IMG/VR virus record: IMGVR_UViG_3300021979_000001
Location: 2,948-66,947 of that record
DNA length: 64,000 nt
Reading direction: 5' to 3' (one strand)
Origin: a virus
Lineage: Duplodnaviria; Heunggongvirae; Uroviricota; Caudoviricetes
Shown here in pieces: positions 45,920-55,731 of the stretch. Positions within the stretch are counted from its first letter, which is position 1. Each line of letters starts with the position of its first letter. Position numbers and translations under genes: made by a program. The notes beneath the pieces were generated by a model. It did not search any database. It worked only from the letters and a program-made list of their open reading frames with translations, and was not told the origin of the DNA.

Positions 45920-47092
45920 TGCACCGAAATTTTAGAAGTCACATCATCTGGTGACAAGTTAAAAATGAGTCGTGAACAGATTGCGGCCTTAACCAAAGAT
46001 GACATGATTAAGGACAATATCCGTGTTGTTGGCTTTGACCATAAGACTGATCAATTTGAAGTCATTAAGGGAATGGAAACTGCGGTTTGTAATCTTGGCT
46101 CGATTAACCTGTCTCGTGGTTATGTCAAGGCTGGCAAACTCGACAAAGTAAAGTTGCGAAAGAATGTTGCAATTGCGGTTAAATATCTTGATCGCGTTAT
46201 TGATCGTAATTTTTATCCAATCCCGGAAGCAGAATCATCGAATGATCGGTGGCGTCCAATTGGACTTGGATTGATGGGTCTGGCGGATTTCTTCTTTCAG
46301 ATTGGATTACCATTTGGCAGTGATGAAGCAATTAAATTGTCTGGTGAGATTCAGGAAGAAATTTATTATCAGGCATTGGTGACATCTAACGAATTGGCAA
46401 AAGAACATGGCCCACATCGTGATTTCGATTTAACACGGGCGGCCAAAGGAGAATTACAATTCGATTTGGCGGGCGTAGAAGTGGCCGACAAAGAGCGTTG
46501 GGATGATCTTAAGGCATCCATCATGGAACACGGCTTACGCAACTCCTTGGTCATTGCAATCGCTCCCACGGCCACTATTAGTCATATCGTTGGGGCCGAA
46601 GAATGCATTGAACCAATCAAGTTTAATTTGATGAAACGCGAAACCTTGTCCGGTGAATTTATTTCGATCAATAAGTATTTGGTTCGTGATCTGAAAAAAC
46701 TTGGGCTATGGGATGAACGCATGCGATCATTGCTAACACGAGAAAATGGTTCGGTCCAAAACTTGCCGGTTCCTGATGAAATCAAAGAACTCTATAAAAC
46801 AGTTTGGGAAATATCACAGAAAGACATCATCGCCCATGCTGTTGCTCGTGGTGCCTTTATTGATCAAAGCCAGTCTCTCAATCTGTTCCTGGACTTGACC
46901 AAACATGCACCGGATAAGCGCATCGGTGTTGTATCAAAACTTTATATGCATGCATGGGAAATGGGTTGCAAAACAACTTATTATTTGCGCACACGATCAG
47001 GAAGTCAGATTGAAAAGGTGACGATTAACAGTCAGTCATCTGCCCCTGCGGCGGCACCGGAAAATCCAGATATTTGTGAAAGCTGCACCTAA
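45818..47092 (+). CDS. nrdA: C-intein fused to the ribonucleotide reductase class Ia alpha subunit, C-terminal fragment
   Basis: Has its own GAAAGG SD and ATG. CTEILEV completes SNLCTEI, and the C-terminal CESC tail is present. Confidence 0.85.
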   Translation: MALKIRRTGERSPVYDLHVADNHTFVADGHIVHNCTEILEVTSSGDKLKMSREQIAALTKDDMIKDNIRVVGFDHKTDQFEVIKGMETAVCNLGSINLSRGYVKAGKLDKVKLRKNVAIAVKYLDRVIDRNFYPIPEAESSNDRWRPIGLGLMGLADFFFQIGLPFGSDEAIKLSGEIQEEIYYQALVTSNELAKEHGPHRDFDLTRAAKGELQFDLAGVEVADKERWDDLKASIMEHGLRNSLVIAIAPTATISHIVGAEECIEPIKFNLMKRETLSGEFISINKYLVRDLKKLGLWDERMRSLLTRENGSVQNLPVPDEIKELYKTVWEISQKDIIAHAVARGAFIDQSQSLNLFLDLTKHAPDKRIGVVSKLYMHAWEMGCKTTYYLRTRSGSQIEKVTINSQSSAPAAAPENPDICESCT

Positions 47093-47099
47093 TCACGAA

Positions 47100-47134
47100 A
47101 AAGGTGGTCGCCATTGTGCGACCACCTTTGTTTT
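47100..47134 (+). terminator. Rho-independent terminator
   Basis: AAAGGTGGTCGC-CATTGT-GCGACCACCTTT followed by GTTTT. Confidence 0.75.
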
Positions 47135-47147
47135 ATTGGAAAAAAGA

Positions 47148-47768
47148 ATGAATGATTTCACCGAATTTGATGAAAATTATGTAAATAATTTATCACAGCC
47201 GAAACCAGCATTATTTCATATTTTAGGTAAGTATGATACGTATCAAGAATATCGTATTAAAGCAAACGACTATAAATATATCAATATCGAAGCCCCATAT
47301 CGGCAGTATTTTGACAATTTGAACCAATTAAACCATTATTGGAAATTCAGTGGTTCCGAAGATATATCATATCAGCGATCTATTATATTAGTTGGAGAAA
47401 ATCAATTATTTGAGTCATTCATGGACATTTGTGCCGAGTTTGAAATTAGATATTTGGTTATTCTTCAACAAACTATATGTGGGACTACGTTCACATGCCT
47501 TGATGAAGATTTTCAAATCATAAATCCAAAAAACACAATATTGCTCAATCAATTAATAACTGCGCATAACTCATGGTTATTTGCGTATTCTATGAGTTGT
47601 AATTTCATTCATCGGTTATATTTTGCAGGCATATTTGACATAGTTTCGAGAGAAAAAATATACCAGGCATTGCCACATGATCAGACCATTGAATGTGATG
47701 ATATATGCGAAAACATGAAACAAAAACGATATTCTGAAATTCTACAACCATGGTTTACCACAGTATAA
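47148..47768 (+). CDS. hypothetical protein
   Basis: ATG after the terminator gives MNDFTEFDEN. The longer track ORF spans the terminator. Confidence 0.5.
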   Translation: MNDFTEFDENYVNNLSQPKPALFHILGKYDTYQEYRIKANDYKYINIEAPYRQYFDNLNQLNHYWKFSGSEDISYQRSIILVGENQLFESFMDICAEFEIRYLVILQQTICGTTFTCLDEDFQIINPKNTILLNQLITAHNSWLFAYSMSCNFIHRLYFAGIFDIVSREKIYQALPHDQTIECDDICENMKQKRYSEILQPWFTTV

Positions 47769-47805
47769 ATGATAAATAAATGAAATATATTGGATTATTT
47801 ATACT

Positions 47806-49500
47806 ATGTCAGATATTAGAAAATTTATTAATATTGTAAGCGGAAAACCGATTTTATCGGAAAGTAAAGCATCTTTACTACTCACTGAATCATCGGTTTA
47901 TAGCACTATGCTTAATCCGTTATTGTCATATATTGAAAAAAATCCCGATAACGTAAATACGACAGCCGATGCGATTAAGAGAACATTCAATACTGAATTG
48001 AAATGGGCCAAAACATATCTTAAGAAAAATGATCGTGTTATTTGGTTTATGCGACTCGTTCGATATGTTATTGCACAAAAATCATTCCCAGCAGATGTTG
48101 CATCGGCATTTAGTAGTTCCGATGACAAAATACCACTTCAATTAAATAACATTAAAACAAACCTAGTTCACTATTATGGTTTAAATATTAATCAAATCAA
48201 TACGTATCCATTAAGTAAAGAAAGCCCACAAGAATTATTTGGTATCTTTGCAGACTTTGAAGAAGAATGGAAAGAAATGGCTGATCGTTTTATTCCATTT
48301 GATGCTATTACAGATATAAAAATATTATTTGATGCTGGCGATGGTTATTACTGGGTTGATCTTAATCGGGCATCATGTCGTTTAGAAGCCGATTCTATGG
48401 GTCATTGTGGTAATACCGGGGGAAATTATTCTGATCGAATTTACAGTTTGCGTAAAATCCATAATTTTAATGGAGAAAAGTTTTGGGAACCATTCTTAAC
48501 ATTCATTGTGGATGATAAGGGATTTCTTGGTGAAATGAAAGGCCGGGGTAACGACAAACCAGCGGACCGGTATCATCCATATATTATTAAATTACTTGAA
48601 AAGCCTTATATTAAAGGAATCAAGGGTGGTGGATATTTGCCACAAAATAATTTTTCGTTAGATGATTTAACTGAATCCGAAACTGAACGTCTGTATGCAG
48701 TCAAACCAACCCTGGCACCATTTGATATACAATACGAACGTAATGGAATGACACCAGAATTGGCAAAGTTAATCAGCTATAAATTTGATAACGAAATTGA
48801 ATGGTCCGAAGATTACCAATATATAATTTTATACTCATATAATGATATTGCTGATTTAATCGAAAATGTTGGAAATTCAACCGCGAAATACATTATGAAT
48901 GTCATTGACGGTGATGAAATCGTTGAATATTTAGCAGGTGATGATGAAATAAAAACTTTTGTTGACGACTTACCGAATATTGTCATTTCGCAAATAAAGG
49001 AACACACCTTTAATGAATATCCTGAAACATGTCAAGATGAATATAATTGCGATGAAGCCGATGATTTATCAGTATCAGAATGTGTTGAAATTTTATCAAA
49101 TGAAATGGATGACATGTATCACGCCATTAGATCAGCGGTTGAAATGGGTCATCGATATGGCACAGAAAATGAAATGATGGATAATTTGAAAAAGGCTGTT
49201 TTAAATCCAACAATTGAAATGTATGATGATATTGATTTTAGGATTATACTTGATACTGATCAATTTTGGGATAACCCTTGTTATATCGCTGCTCCTATAG
49301 AAAATATATTCACCGAAATGAAAAATGATCCAGATATAATTGATGAACTAATCAACAATACCCACGATGATGAAATACTCAAAGTTAATGTTTCGGAGCC
49401 TCATTATGGATATAATGAGTATGATTTGGATGCCGCGATTGCGGAATTCTATGAGGTGTCGGACATTTCTGATCCAGCACTTGAAAAAAATGCGGCATAA
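47806..49500 (+). CDS. hypothetical protein (564 aa)
   Basis: Long ORF with no recognised motif. Confidence 0.6.
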   Translation: MSDIRKFINIVSGKPILSESKASLLLTESSVYSTMLNPLLSYIEKNPDNVNTTADAIKRTFNTELKWAKTYLKKNDRVIWFMRLVRYVIAQKSFPADVASAFSSSDDKIPLQLNNIKTNLVHYYGLNINQINTYPLSKESPQELFGIFADFEEEWKEMADRFIPFDAITDIKILFDAGDGYYWVDLNRASCRLEADSMGHCGNTGGNYSDRIYSLRKIHNFNGEKFWEPFLTFIVDDKGFLGEMKGRGNDKPADRYHPYIIKLLEKPYIKGIKGGGYLPQNNFSLDDLTESETERLYAVKPTLAPFDIQYERNGMTPELAKLISYKFDNEIEWSEDYQYIILYSYNDIADLIENVGNSTAKYIMNVIDGDEIVEYLAGDDEIKTFVDDLPNIVISQIKEHTFNEYPETCQDEYNCDEADDLSVSECVEILSNEMDDMYHAIRSAVEMGHRYGTENEMMDNLKKAVLNPTIEMYDDIDFRIILDTDQFWDNPCYIAAPIENIFTEMKNDPDIIDELINNTHDDEILKVNVSEPHYGYNEYDLDAAIAEFYEVSDISDPALEKNAA

Positions 49501-50180
49501 TGGATCGTATAAAGCTAAGTAGTAAAGCAAAGAAATATTATGGGTATCAGCGGTGCAAATCACGTCCGCTGACCCATGATGAAACAGAAACATTTGCTTA
49601 TGATTTCCACAAGGGGATTTACGATCAAATCGCCAAGTATATCCCAAATGGTGGTGCCATGATGGATTTCGGATGTGGAATCGGCATTATTAATATTTTT
49701 TGTGCGAAATCATTTGCAACGCTTTATCTCGTTGATGGAACGGTTGATACGGCATCTCTTGATAACACATTTTATGGGTTTCATGGTGCGGGATATGATT
49801 TACACGATGATTACGACCCGGTTCCTGATCGAAAAGTCAATGTTTTCAGTAATTATTGTTTTTATAATGATTTAACTGTTAGTAAAGATACTATTGCACC
49901 ATATCTACCAAACACCAATATTATATGCATGACCCCAGATAATTTGAATATGCCCGATTACAGCCTTGATTTGGTGCAAAGTCATATGTCATGGGGATGG
50001 CATTACCCATTTGACCAATATCGGTCTGCTATCACAAATAAAATCAAACCTGGTGGGACGTTGATTATTGATATTCGTGATAACACATTGCAACCCGGAG
50101 ATTTACAGGATTTTCGTGTGATCGACAAATTGGCTAACCGTGAACAAAACAGCCGAAAGTATATTTTAGAAAAATGTTAA
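49500..50180 (+). CDS. Class I SAM-dependent methyltransferase
   Basis: Motif I GGAMMDFGCGIGI; TAATG overlap with the upstream gene. Confidence 0.55.
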   Translation: MDRIKLSSKAKKYYGYQRCKSRPLTHDETETFAYDFHKGIYDQIAKYIPNGGAMMDFGCGIGIINIFCAKSFATLYLVDGTVDTASLDNTFYGFHGAGYDLHDDYDPVPDRKVNVFSNYCFYNDLTVSKDTIAPYLPNTNIICMTPDNLNMPDYSLDLVQSHMSWGWHYPFDQYRSAITNKIKPGGTLIIDIRDNTLQPGDLQDFRVIDKLANREQNSRKYILEKC

Positions 50181-50860
50181 TCCTTGAACAAATCATGATG
50201 GCGGTTCGTAACGCAACTGTTTTTATTGATCCATTTCCACATATGGTTATTGATAACTTGGTAACATATGAAACATATAAACAATTGTTACCGTTATATC
50301 CGATGCATAAAGACTATGTATCTGCAAAAGAAATGCTGGGGGGAGAAGAAACAATTTGGCGTGATTATATCGCCGCGTTAAATACAGTTGAGTTTCATCA
50401 ATTATGTTTGCAGAAATTTGGATCACATATTGTTTTAACTCGTGATAACACTGGTTTGCGAAAAGTTGATGACAAAACACCTTATGTAACTGAAAGCTAT
50501 ACCATTATTCGTTATCCGAGTGAAGAATGGGTATTAAAGCCGCATATTGATAGTGAATATGCCAGGATTAGTTCTGTTCATATGTTTAAAGATTTTTCGG
50601 ATACTGGAACCGGTGGAGAATACTGCACATTGGTAAGAAATTCAGATGCGTTACGTGTTGTGTCTGATAACAATGTTATTGATTATGCGGAACCAGATGG
50701 TTTTACCATCGCAAAAAAGGTTCCGTATTCACCAAATGCGGCGGTAATCATGTTTAAAACATCAACACAGTGGCACGGGATAATGCCGAGTTCATATGCC
50801 AAACGTCGAACAGTTAATTTCAGTCTAGAAACACAAAACTCGGGTATTCGTAAAAAATAG
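50174..50860 (+). CDS. 2OG-Fe(II) dioxygenase
   Basis: FPHMVIDN N-terminus, HxD in KPHIDSE, distal His in TQWHGIMP, and Arg in RRTVNFS. Confidence 0.55.
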   Translation: MLILEQIMMAVRNATVFIDPFPHMVIDNLVTYETYKQLLPLYPMHKDYVSAKEMLGGEETIWRDYIAALNTVEFHQLCLQKFGSHIVLTRDNTGLRKVDDKTPYVTESYTIIRYPSEEWVLKPHIDSEYARISSVHMFKDFSDTGTGGEYCTLVRNSDALRVVSDNNVIDYAEPDGFTIAKKVPYSPNAAVIMFKTSTQWHGIMPSSYAKRRTVNFSLETQNSGIRKK

Positions 50861-50878
50861 CCCGACAATCCGGGCTAT
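50857..50878. terminator. Hairpin between convergent genes
   Basis: ATAGCCCG-ACAATC-CGGGCTAT flanked by A and T runs. Confidence 0.55.
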
Positions 50879-50880
50879 TT

Positions 50881-51966
50881 TTACATTTCGCGATGTAACG
50901 TTATTTTATGTTGTCCAAGAGGACGTTTTGCTTTTGCCGTTTTCCCACACGTTGTCGCGCATTTAACCATTTTTCCACATTTCCCGGTGCCAAATGATTG
51001 AGAAAAGCTAGACACAATATGTTTGGTATAAAAATCATGTGCCAGGACATCACTAACTGAATGAATATCTAGCCTGTTCCAATCGGGATCATCCGCAAAC
51101 ATAATGTGATCGATTTGTCGCCAAGTATGGCTTGTTTTGTTGAACTCGGTGTTACGGATAAAACAGCACGGCCATAATCTCGATTCGAAATCAATGAAAT
51201 ACATTCCTTCTGACCCGAAATAGCAATCTATCGGTTCGTCTTCAATATCTCGATTGGCGTCAAACATAGTTCTAATAGGACTCGAACTGGAATTATTATT
51301 GCCTTGATGATTTTTCATCTTAATCGCCGCAATATCATCATACGTCCAGTTATTTTGGGAAATCGTGCTGCGATCATTTCGTGCAACAAATCGCCAAAAC
51401 CCCATATCCTTGCTTTTTTGGCAAGCATCATCAATTTGATGATTATTCCATGGGAACACCAAAAATTGCCAAGTGGCCTTTCCCCCGGCATCGATGAATG
51501 ATTTGGCATTCTCCATAATAGCATCGAACCGGGTATTTTGGCGATACATGTGGTTGGTGTCAGACAGACCATCTATTGAAAACTTAATTTCGTGTTTATG
51601 GAACCGGGACAAAATGGATGCGGTTTCGGTCCAATATTCGGGAAGTCTGATAGCGCCATTGGTGTGTATAACAATATGATCAATGTTGGATTGCATGCTG
51701 GCAATACCCAGCAATTCGTTGAATTGTGGATGCATGAACGGTTCGTCTATCGAACCACAAAATTCTAGCTTTGATATGGATGCAAAACCCGGATCGGCTA
51801 ACAATTTCCGAAACGTGTCTGGTTTGATCATCGTCTTATCAGGAATAGTAGACCGTTTTTGATTGAAGTTGTGTGGGTCAGTTCGGTTGCATCCAGGACA
51901 TAACGCATTACACATACTGCTAATTTCTAGCTGCAATGTGGTTGGGTCTAATAGGTAGTGTTGCAC
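50881..51966 (-). CDS. Radical SAM enzyme with SPASM/twitch-like C-terminal Cys cluster (copy 2, paralog of 21579..22667)
   Basis: CNALCPGC. Shares blocks with copy 1 (FSIDGLSDTNHMYRQNTRFDAIMENAKSFIDAGGKATW). Also WPCCF and CGKMVKCATTCGK. Confidence 0.85.
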   Translation of the reverse strand: MQHYLLDPTTLQLEISSMCNALCPGCNRTDPHNFNQKRSTIPDKTMIKPDTFRKLLADPGFASISKLEFCGSIDEPFMHPQFNELLGIASMQSNIDHIVIHTNGAIRLPEYWTETASILSRFHKHEIKFSIDGLSDTNHMYRQNTRFDAIMENAKSFIDAGGKATWQFLVFPWNNHQIDDACQKSKDMGFWRFVARNDRSTISQNNWTYDDIAAIKMKNHQGNNNSSSSPIRTMFDANRDIEDEPIDCYFGSEGMYFIDFESRLWPCCFIRNTEFNKTSHTWRQIDHIMFADDPDWNRLDIHSVSDVLAHDFYTKHIVSSFSQSFGTGKCGKMVKCATTCGKTAKAKRPLGQHKITLHREM

Positions 51967-52128
51967 GTATTCAGCACCTTTGTTTTTTAGATCATACCAT
52001 ATGTCCGACGTAAATCGGTATATATCTTTTTATGAATTTGGTTAACGAAAATATTGCATTGCGACAGGGTATTGTGGCATATTTAGCCCTATCAAATGGA
52101 AACACACCAAATATAGTTTAAGGGAACA

Positions 52129-52590
52129 ATGATAAACGATAAAAATAATAAAACATTCGGTATCTATTCCAAAGTAGTTTATACCGATGCAGATAATCAA
52201 CGCATTGCTGATTATATTAAAAAGCACAATTTTCCCAATCCGGTTGCGACCAATGATATACATACAACATTGGTTTACTCTCGCAAACCGTTTCAGTGGA
52301 AACCAAATCTTGGCAATAGTGATAACACACCAATTGCCACCGCTTCAACATACCAGCTTGAAGTTTTTGAATCGGATACTGGAAATTATTTAGTTGCTCT
52401 TGTTCATAGTGAATACTTGGTAAAACGCTGGGTAGAAGCTATTGATAATGGGGCAACTTGGGACTATCCCGAATATCGCCCACATATTACGCTTGCAACG
52501 GATATTGGCGATTTTGATATTTCGGATATTCCTGATCCGGTGTTTGATCTGCAAATCGTAAAAGAAGTTGTAGAACAACTAAAAGACTAA
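52129..52590 (+). CDS. 2H phosphoesterase superfamily protein (LigT/Acb1-like)
   Basis: Two HxT motifs, DIHTTLVYS (His45) and RPHITLATD (His119); 153 aa. Confidence 0.6.
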   Translation: MINDKNNKTFGIYSKVVYTDADNQRIADYIKKHNFPNPVATNDIHTTLVYSRKPFQWKPNLGNSDNTPIATASTYQLEVFESDTGNYLVALVHSEYLVKRWVEAIDNGATWDYPEYRPHITLATDIGDFDISDIPDPVFDLQIVKEVVEQLKD

Positions 52591-52613
52591 CCTAATTTTT
52601 TGGAGAATTTTTT

Positions 52614-53624
52614 ATGTCATTATTAGACCCTGGCTTCGACCTTACCCTGCGACCAATGAAATACCCGAAATTTTTTGATGCATTTCGTGATGCACAGAAT
52701 AATAACTGGTCCGTTCAGGAAATTTCATTTGCAACGGATTTCACCGACCTTCAAGAAAAACTTACCCCTGCTGAACGGCATGTAGTTTCCCGGTTGGTTG
52801 CATTTTTTGCTACTGGCGATAATATCGTTGCAAACAACGCCGCATTGACCTTGTATCGCCATGTCAATTCACCCGAAGCCAGATTATATTATTCCCGGCA
52901 GATTTTCGAAGAATCGTTGCATGTCGAATTTTACCTTACCCTATTGGACAATTATATCCCCGATCCCGAAGAACGGGCGGAAATGTTCCGGGCAATTGAA
53001 ACCATCCCATCTGTTAAGAAAAAAGCAGATTTTGCAATGAAATGGATGGATCAAATGGATTCAATTGATCGGTTGGAAACAAATGATCAAAAAAAGACAT
53101 TTTTGATGAATTTGTTGGCATTTGCCACCTGCATTGAAGGACTATTTTTCTTTGCGGCATTTGCGTATGTATATTATCTTCGAGATCGTGGTTTGTTACA
53201 TGGCTTGGCATCGGGGACCAACTGGGTGTTTCGCGATGAATCATGGCATATGCGATTTGCATTCGATGTTATTGACGTAGTTCGCAAAGAAAACCCGGAA
53301 TTGTGGGATGACGATCTTGAAACCCGCATTTATGAAATGCTGGATGAAGCAATCGATTGTGAAATGCAATTTGCCGACGATGTTTTGACCATGGGTGTGA
53401 TTGGCCTTTCAAAAGATGATATGCGCGAATATCTGCAATATACTGCCGATAATCATTTGCGTCGTTTGAACATGAAACCATGCTATGACTCTAAATGTCC
53501 ATTTGATTTCATGCTAAAACAAGACGTGCAAGCATTAACCAGCTTTTTCGAACGCACAGTATCAGAATATTCTGTAGGTATTGGCGGAAATGTTGATTTT
53601 GATGATGATGACGTTGATTTTTAA
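52614..53624 (+). CDS. nrdB: Ribonucleotide reductase class Ia beta subunit
   Basis: GGAGA SD; ferritin-like EESLHVEFY, ATCIEGLFFFAAFAY, RDESWHMRF; acidic C-terminal tail. Confidence 0.9.
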   Translation: MSLLDPGFDLTLRPMKYPKFFDAFRDAQNNNWSVQEISFATDFTDLQEKLTPAERHVVSRLVAFFATGDNIVANNAALTLYRHVNSPEARLYYSRQIFEESLHVEFYLTLLDNYIPDPEERAEMFRAIETIPSVKKKADFAMKWMDQMDSIDRLETNDQKKTFLMNLLAFATCIEGLFFFAAFAYVYYLRDRGLLHGLASGTNWVFRDESWHMRFAFDVIDVVRKENPELWDDDLETRIYEMLDEAIDCEMQFADDVLTMGVIGLSKDDMREYLQYTADNHLRRLNMKPCYDSKCPFDFMLKQDVQALTSFFERTVSEYSVGIGGNVDFDDDDVDF

Positions 53625-53637
53625 CTGATGTTTTTTA

Positions 53638-53672
53638 TAGGGGGCAAAAATACTTGCCCCCTAATTTCTTTT
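53638..53672 (+). terminator. Rho-independent terminator
   Basis: TAGGGGGCAA-AAATAC-TTGCCCCCTA followed by a T-rich tract. Confidence 0.65.
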
Positions 53673-53708
53673 ATAAATAATCTCGGAAACAATTTTTCGG
53701 GATTGATT

Positions 53709-54212
53709 ATGACTAATGAGTCACACAGTAAATGGGAACTGGCGTATAAATACGGCAATCGAAGTTGGTTCAATACTAATACCGAAGAATTTATCAAGAT
53801 CACCGGTGCGGGTAACAATCATGCGTTAATGGTTTTTAATAACCCAGAACTGTTCGATGTTTCAGTCGAAGATATAGCACATCTCACGAAGGTCCGTGAT
53901 CGTGATCCATATATAATGTCATTGGTGTGTAATATGGGATGGATCAGAATTGCGGGCCAGGATCGGAATAATCCACAACGTTATATGATCTTTGAAGGCA
54001 ACAATATGGATGATATACATCTTATTGTGCGTCGTTTTTACTCTGATATGGCCCGCAGTTTAGAAAATGTCACGGTTAAAATCAGAACGGGAATCAACAG
54101 TGGGATGGAATATCCGTTCCGTGGTGTTTCTTCGGTCACCGATTTTGTGCGAAATAAAACATTACCAGAACCAAAATCACTGGATTCAAGTGGTAGTTTC
54201 AAAATCAAGTGA
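53709..54212 (+). CDS. hypothetical protein
   Basis: ATG after the terminator gives MTNESHSKWE. Confidence 0.5.
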   Translation: MTNESHSKWELAYKYGNRSWFNTNTEEFIKITGAGNNHALMVFNNPELFDVSVEDIAHLTKVRDRDPYIMSLVCNMGWIRIAGQDRNNPQRYMIFEGNNMDDIHLIVRRFYSDMARSLENVTVKIRTGINSGMEYPFRGVSSVTDFVRNKTLPEPKSLDSSGSFKIK

Positions 54213-54229
54213 TTATCACACGCGGTATT

Positions 54230-54523
54230 TTAATACAAAATGTTGGTGTCCCATAAACGACCTGGTTCCCCGGCATTTAAACCGAGTGCCCGAAGATCGC
54301 TCCGCTGAACAAACAATCGCATACCCGGTTTATAATGATATTGCCAATCATCTGTTACTCGCCACGGGTCTAGCCCGAACTCGTCTCCACCCACATATAT
54401 GTAGATGATGCAGTTAATCAGATGTTGTTCAGCAAATTCTGGTGTTACTTCCTGCCGATGTAACGTATCCGCTACATATTGCGCACGATTATCGCTGGGT
54501 GCATGATATTCATGTTGAATCAA
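54230..54523 (-). CDS. hypothetical protein
   Basis: 97-aa ORF. Confidence 0.45.
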   Translation of the reverse strand: MIQHEYHAPSDNRAQYVADTLHRQEVTPEFAEQHLINCIIYIYVGGDEFGLDPWRVTDDWQYHYKPGMRLFVQRSDLRALGLNAGEPGRLWDTNILY

Positions 54524-54817
54524 ATTTGCCTCCTATGCGTTCATTACTTGTATCATTGATTTCATTTTTCGCAATAAAAAAATAGCTGTTTTAATCCTCG
54601 TTAAATGCCCCCACAACGTCGTTGATTATTTTAGCTACCGCCCATGCTAAAATACTATAGATACTCTGTGTGTGCCAAAAATACCCCACTACGTTGATGT
54701 TTTATTCTGCTGATGCGTTGTGAACAATAACATATTATATTTGAAATACAGTATACATCAATTTTAACGTTTGACTTTCTTTTATAGTATGGATATTTTA
54801 TTACCATATCTATACAA

Positions 54818-55234
54818 ATGAGGAAAGAAATGTCTGATAACAGAATAAGCATTGGGTATGCGGCAGAAATTACAACACATATTGGAAATTGTCGCACTAT
54901 CGAATGGGAAGAATGGGAAGAAAAGCTGTCTGAATACGGGCTTTCCATCAACTATGATGGGACCATAGTATATTCTGTCCTTTTATGTGAAATTTTATAT
55001 GAGTTTAACGCGGAATTTAATGTCGGGACGCCAGAACAACGTCAACAGTTTATCGATGATGTTGCAAAAACAGGGTTAAAAATTACCCAGGATACAGCAT
55101 GTTCGTATGTTTCATGCTGGTATGATGGAACTGATCCCTATATGTCAGATTTATCATTGGATACTTTTCGTGAAAAGAAACAATGCCCATTCATATGTAA
55201 TGGGTTAGCTACAATATCGGAGACAAACAAATGA
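54818..55234 (+). CDS. hypothetical protein
   Basis: GAGGA SD; 138-aa ORF. Confidence 0.55.
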   Translation: MRKEMSDNRISIGYAAEITTHIGNCRTIEWEEWEEKLSEYGLSINYDGTIVYSVLLCEILYEFNAEFNVGTPEQRQQFIDDVAKTGLKITQDTACSYVSCWYDGTDPYMSDLSLDTFREKKQCPFICNGLATISETNK

Positions 55235-55677
55235 CAATTCTTGATCGAATCAAGACTGAATCTCTTGCTGCGAGGAAAAGCGGCGATAAAGTTAAAGCAA
55301 AAATATTGGTTACCCTTATTGGGGAAGCCAACACGAAAGAAAAGAACCTTCAACCGGCACGTGCAATTTCTGATGCCGAAGTGGTTGCCTTGATCAATAC
55401 CATGATCAAAAATAACGACATCACGATTGATGCACTATCCAGCCATGATAACAATGAAAAGGCCATCGACGACCTTGCGACATTAAACCGTGAAAAGGAA
55501 ATTTTGGATTCGTTCCGTCCCAAACAAATGACGGATGACGAATTGGGTAAGGCCATTTACCAATACACCCAGACGGGTGCTGCTGACATGAAATCAATCA
55601 TGGAACGGTTGAAAGCCGATTTTCCCGGTTGTTATGATGGGAAATCTGCTGCACGTATCGCAAAATCCCTCGTGTAA
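55231..55677 (+). CDS. GatB/YqeY-domain protein
   Basis: MTILDRIKTESLAARKSGDKVKAKILVTLIGE...SDAEVVALINTMIKN pattern; ATGA overlap with the upstream gene. Confidence 0.55.
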   Translation: MTILDRIKTESLAARKSGDKVKAKILVTLIGEANTKEKNLQPARAISDAEVVALINTMIKNNDITIDALSSHDNNEKAIDDLATLNREKEILDSFRPKQMTDDELGKAIYQYTQTGAADMKSIMERLKADFPGCYDGKSAARIAKSLV

Positions 55678-55703
55678 AGAGACCCCCTCTTTACACAAAC
55701 TTG

Positions 55704-55731
55704 CCCCGGTTTTAAACAACCGGGGTTTTTT
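55704..55731. terminator. Terminator between convergent genes
   Basis: CCCCGGTT-TTAAAC-AACCGGGG followed by T6. Confidence 0.7.

Noticed and set aside
43934-47092. nrdA as a simple pseudogene with a decayed contiguous intein
   Set aside because: This cannot be fully excluded. It is disfavoured because the second half has its own SD box and ATG placed exactly to yield a canonical 34-aa IntC. Both exteins and all the intein blocks I could recognise (A, B, F, G) are intact.
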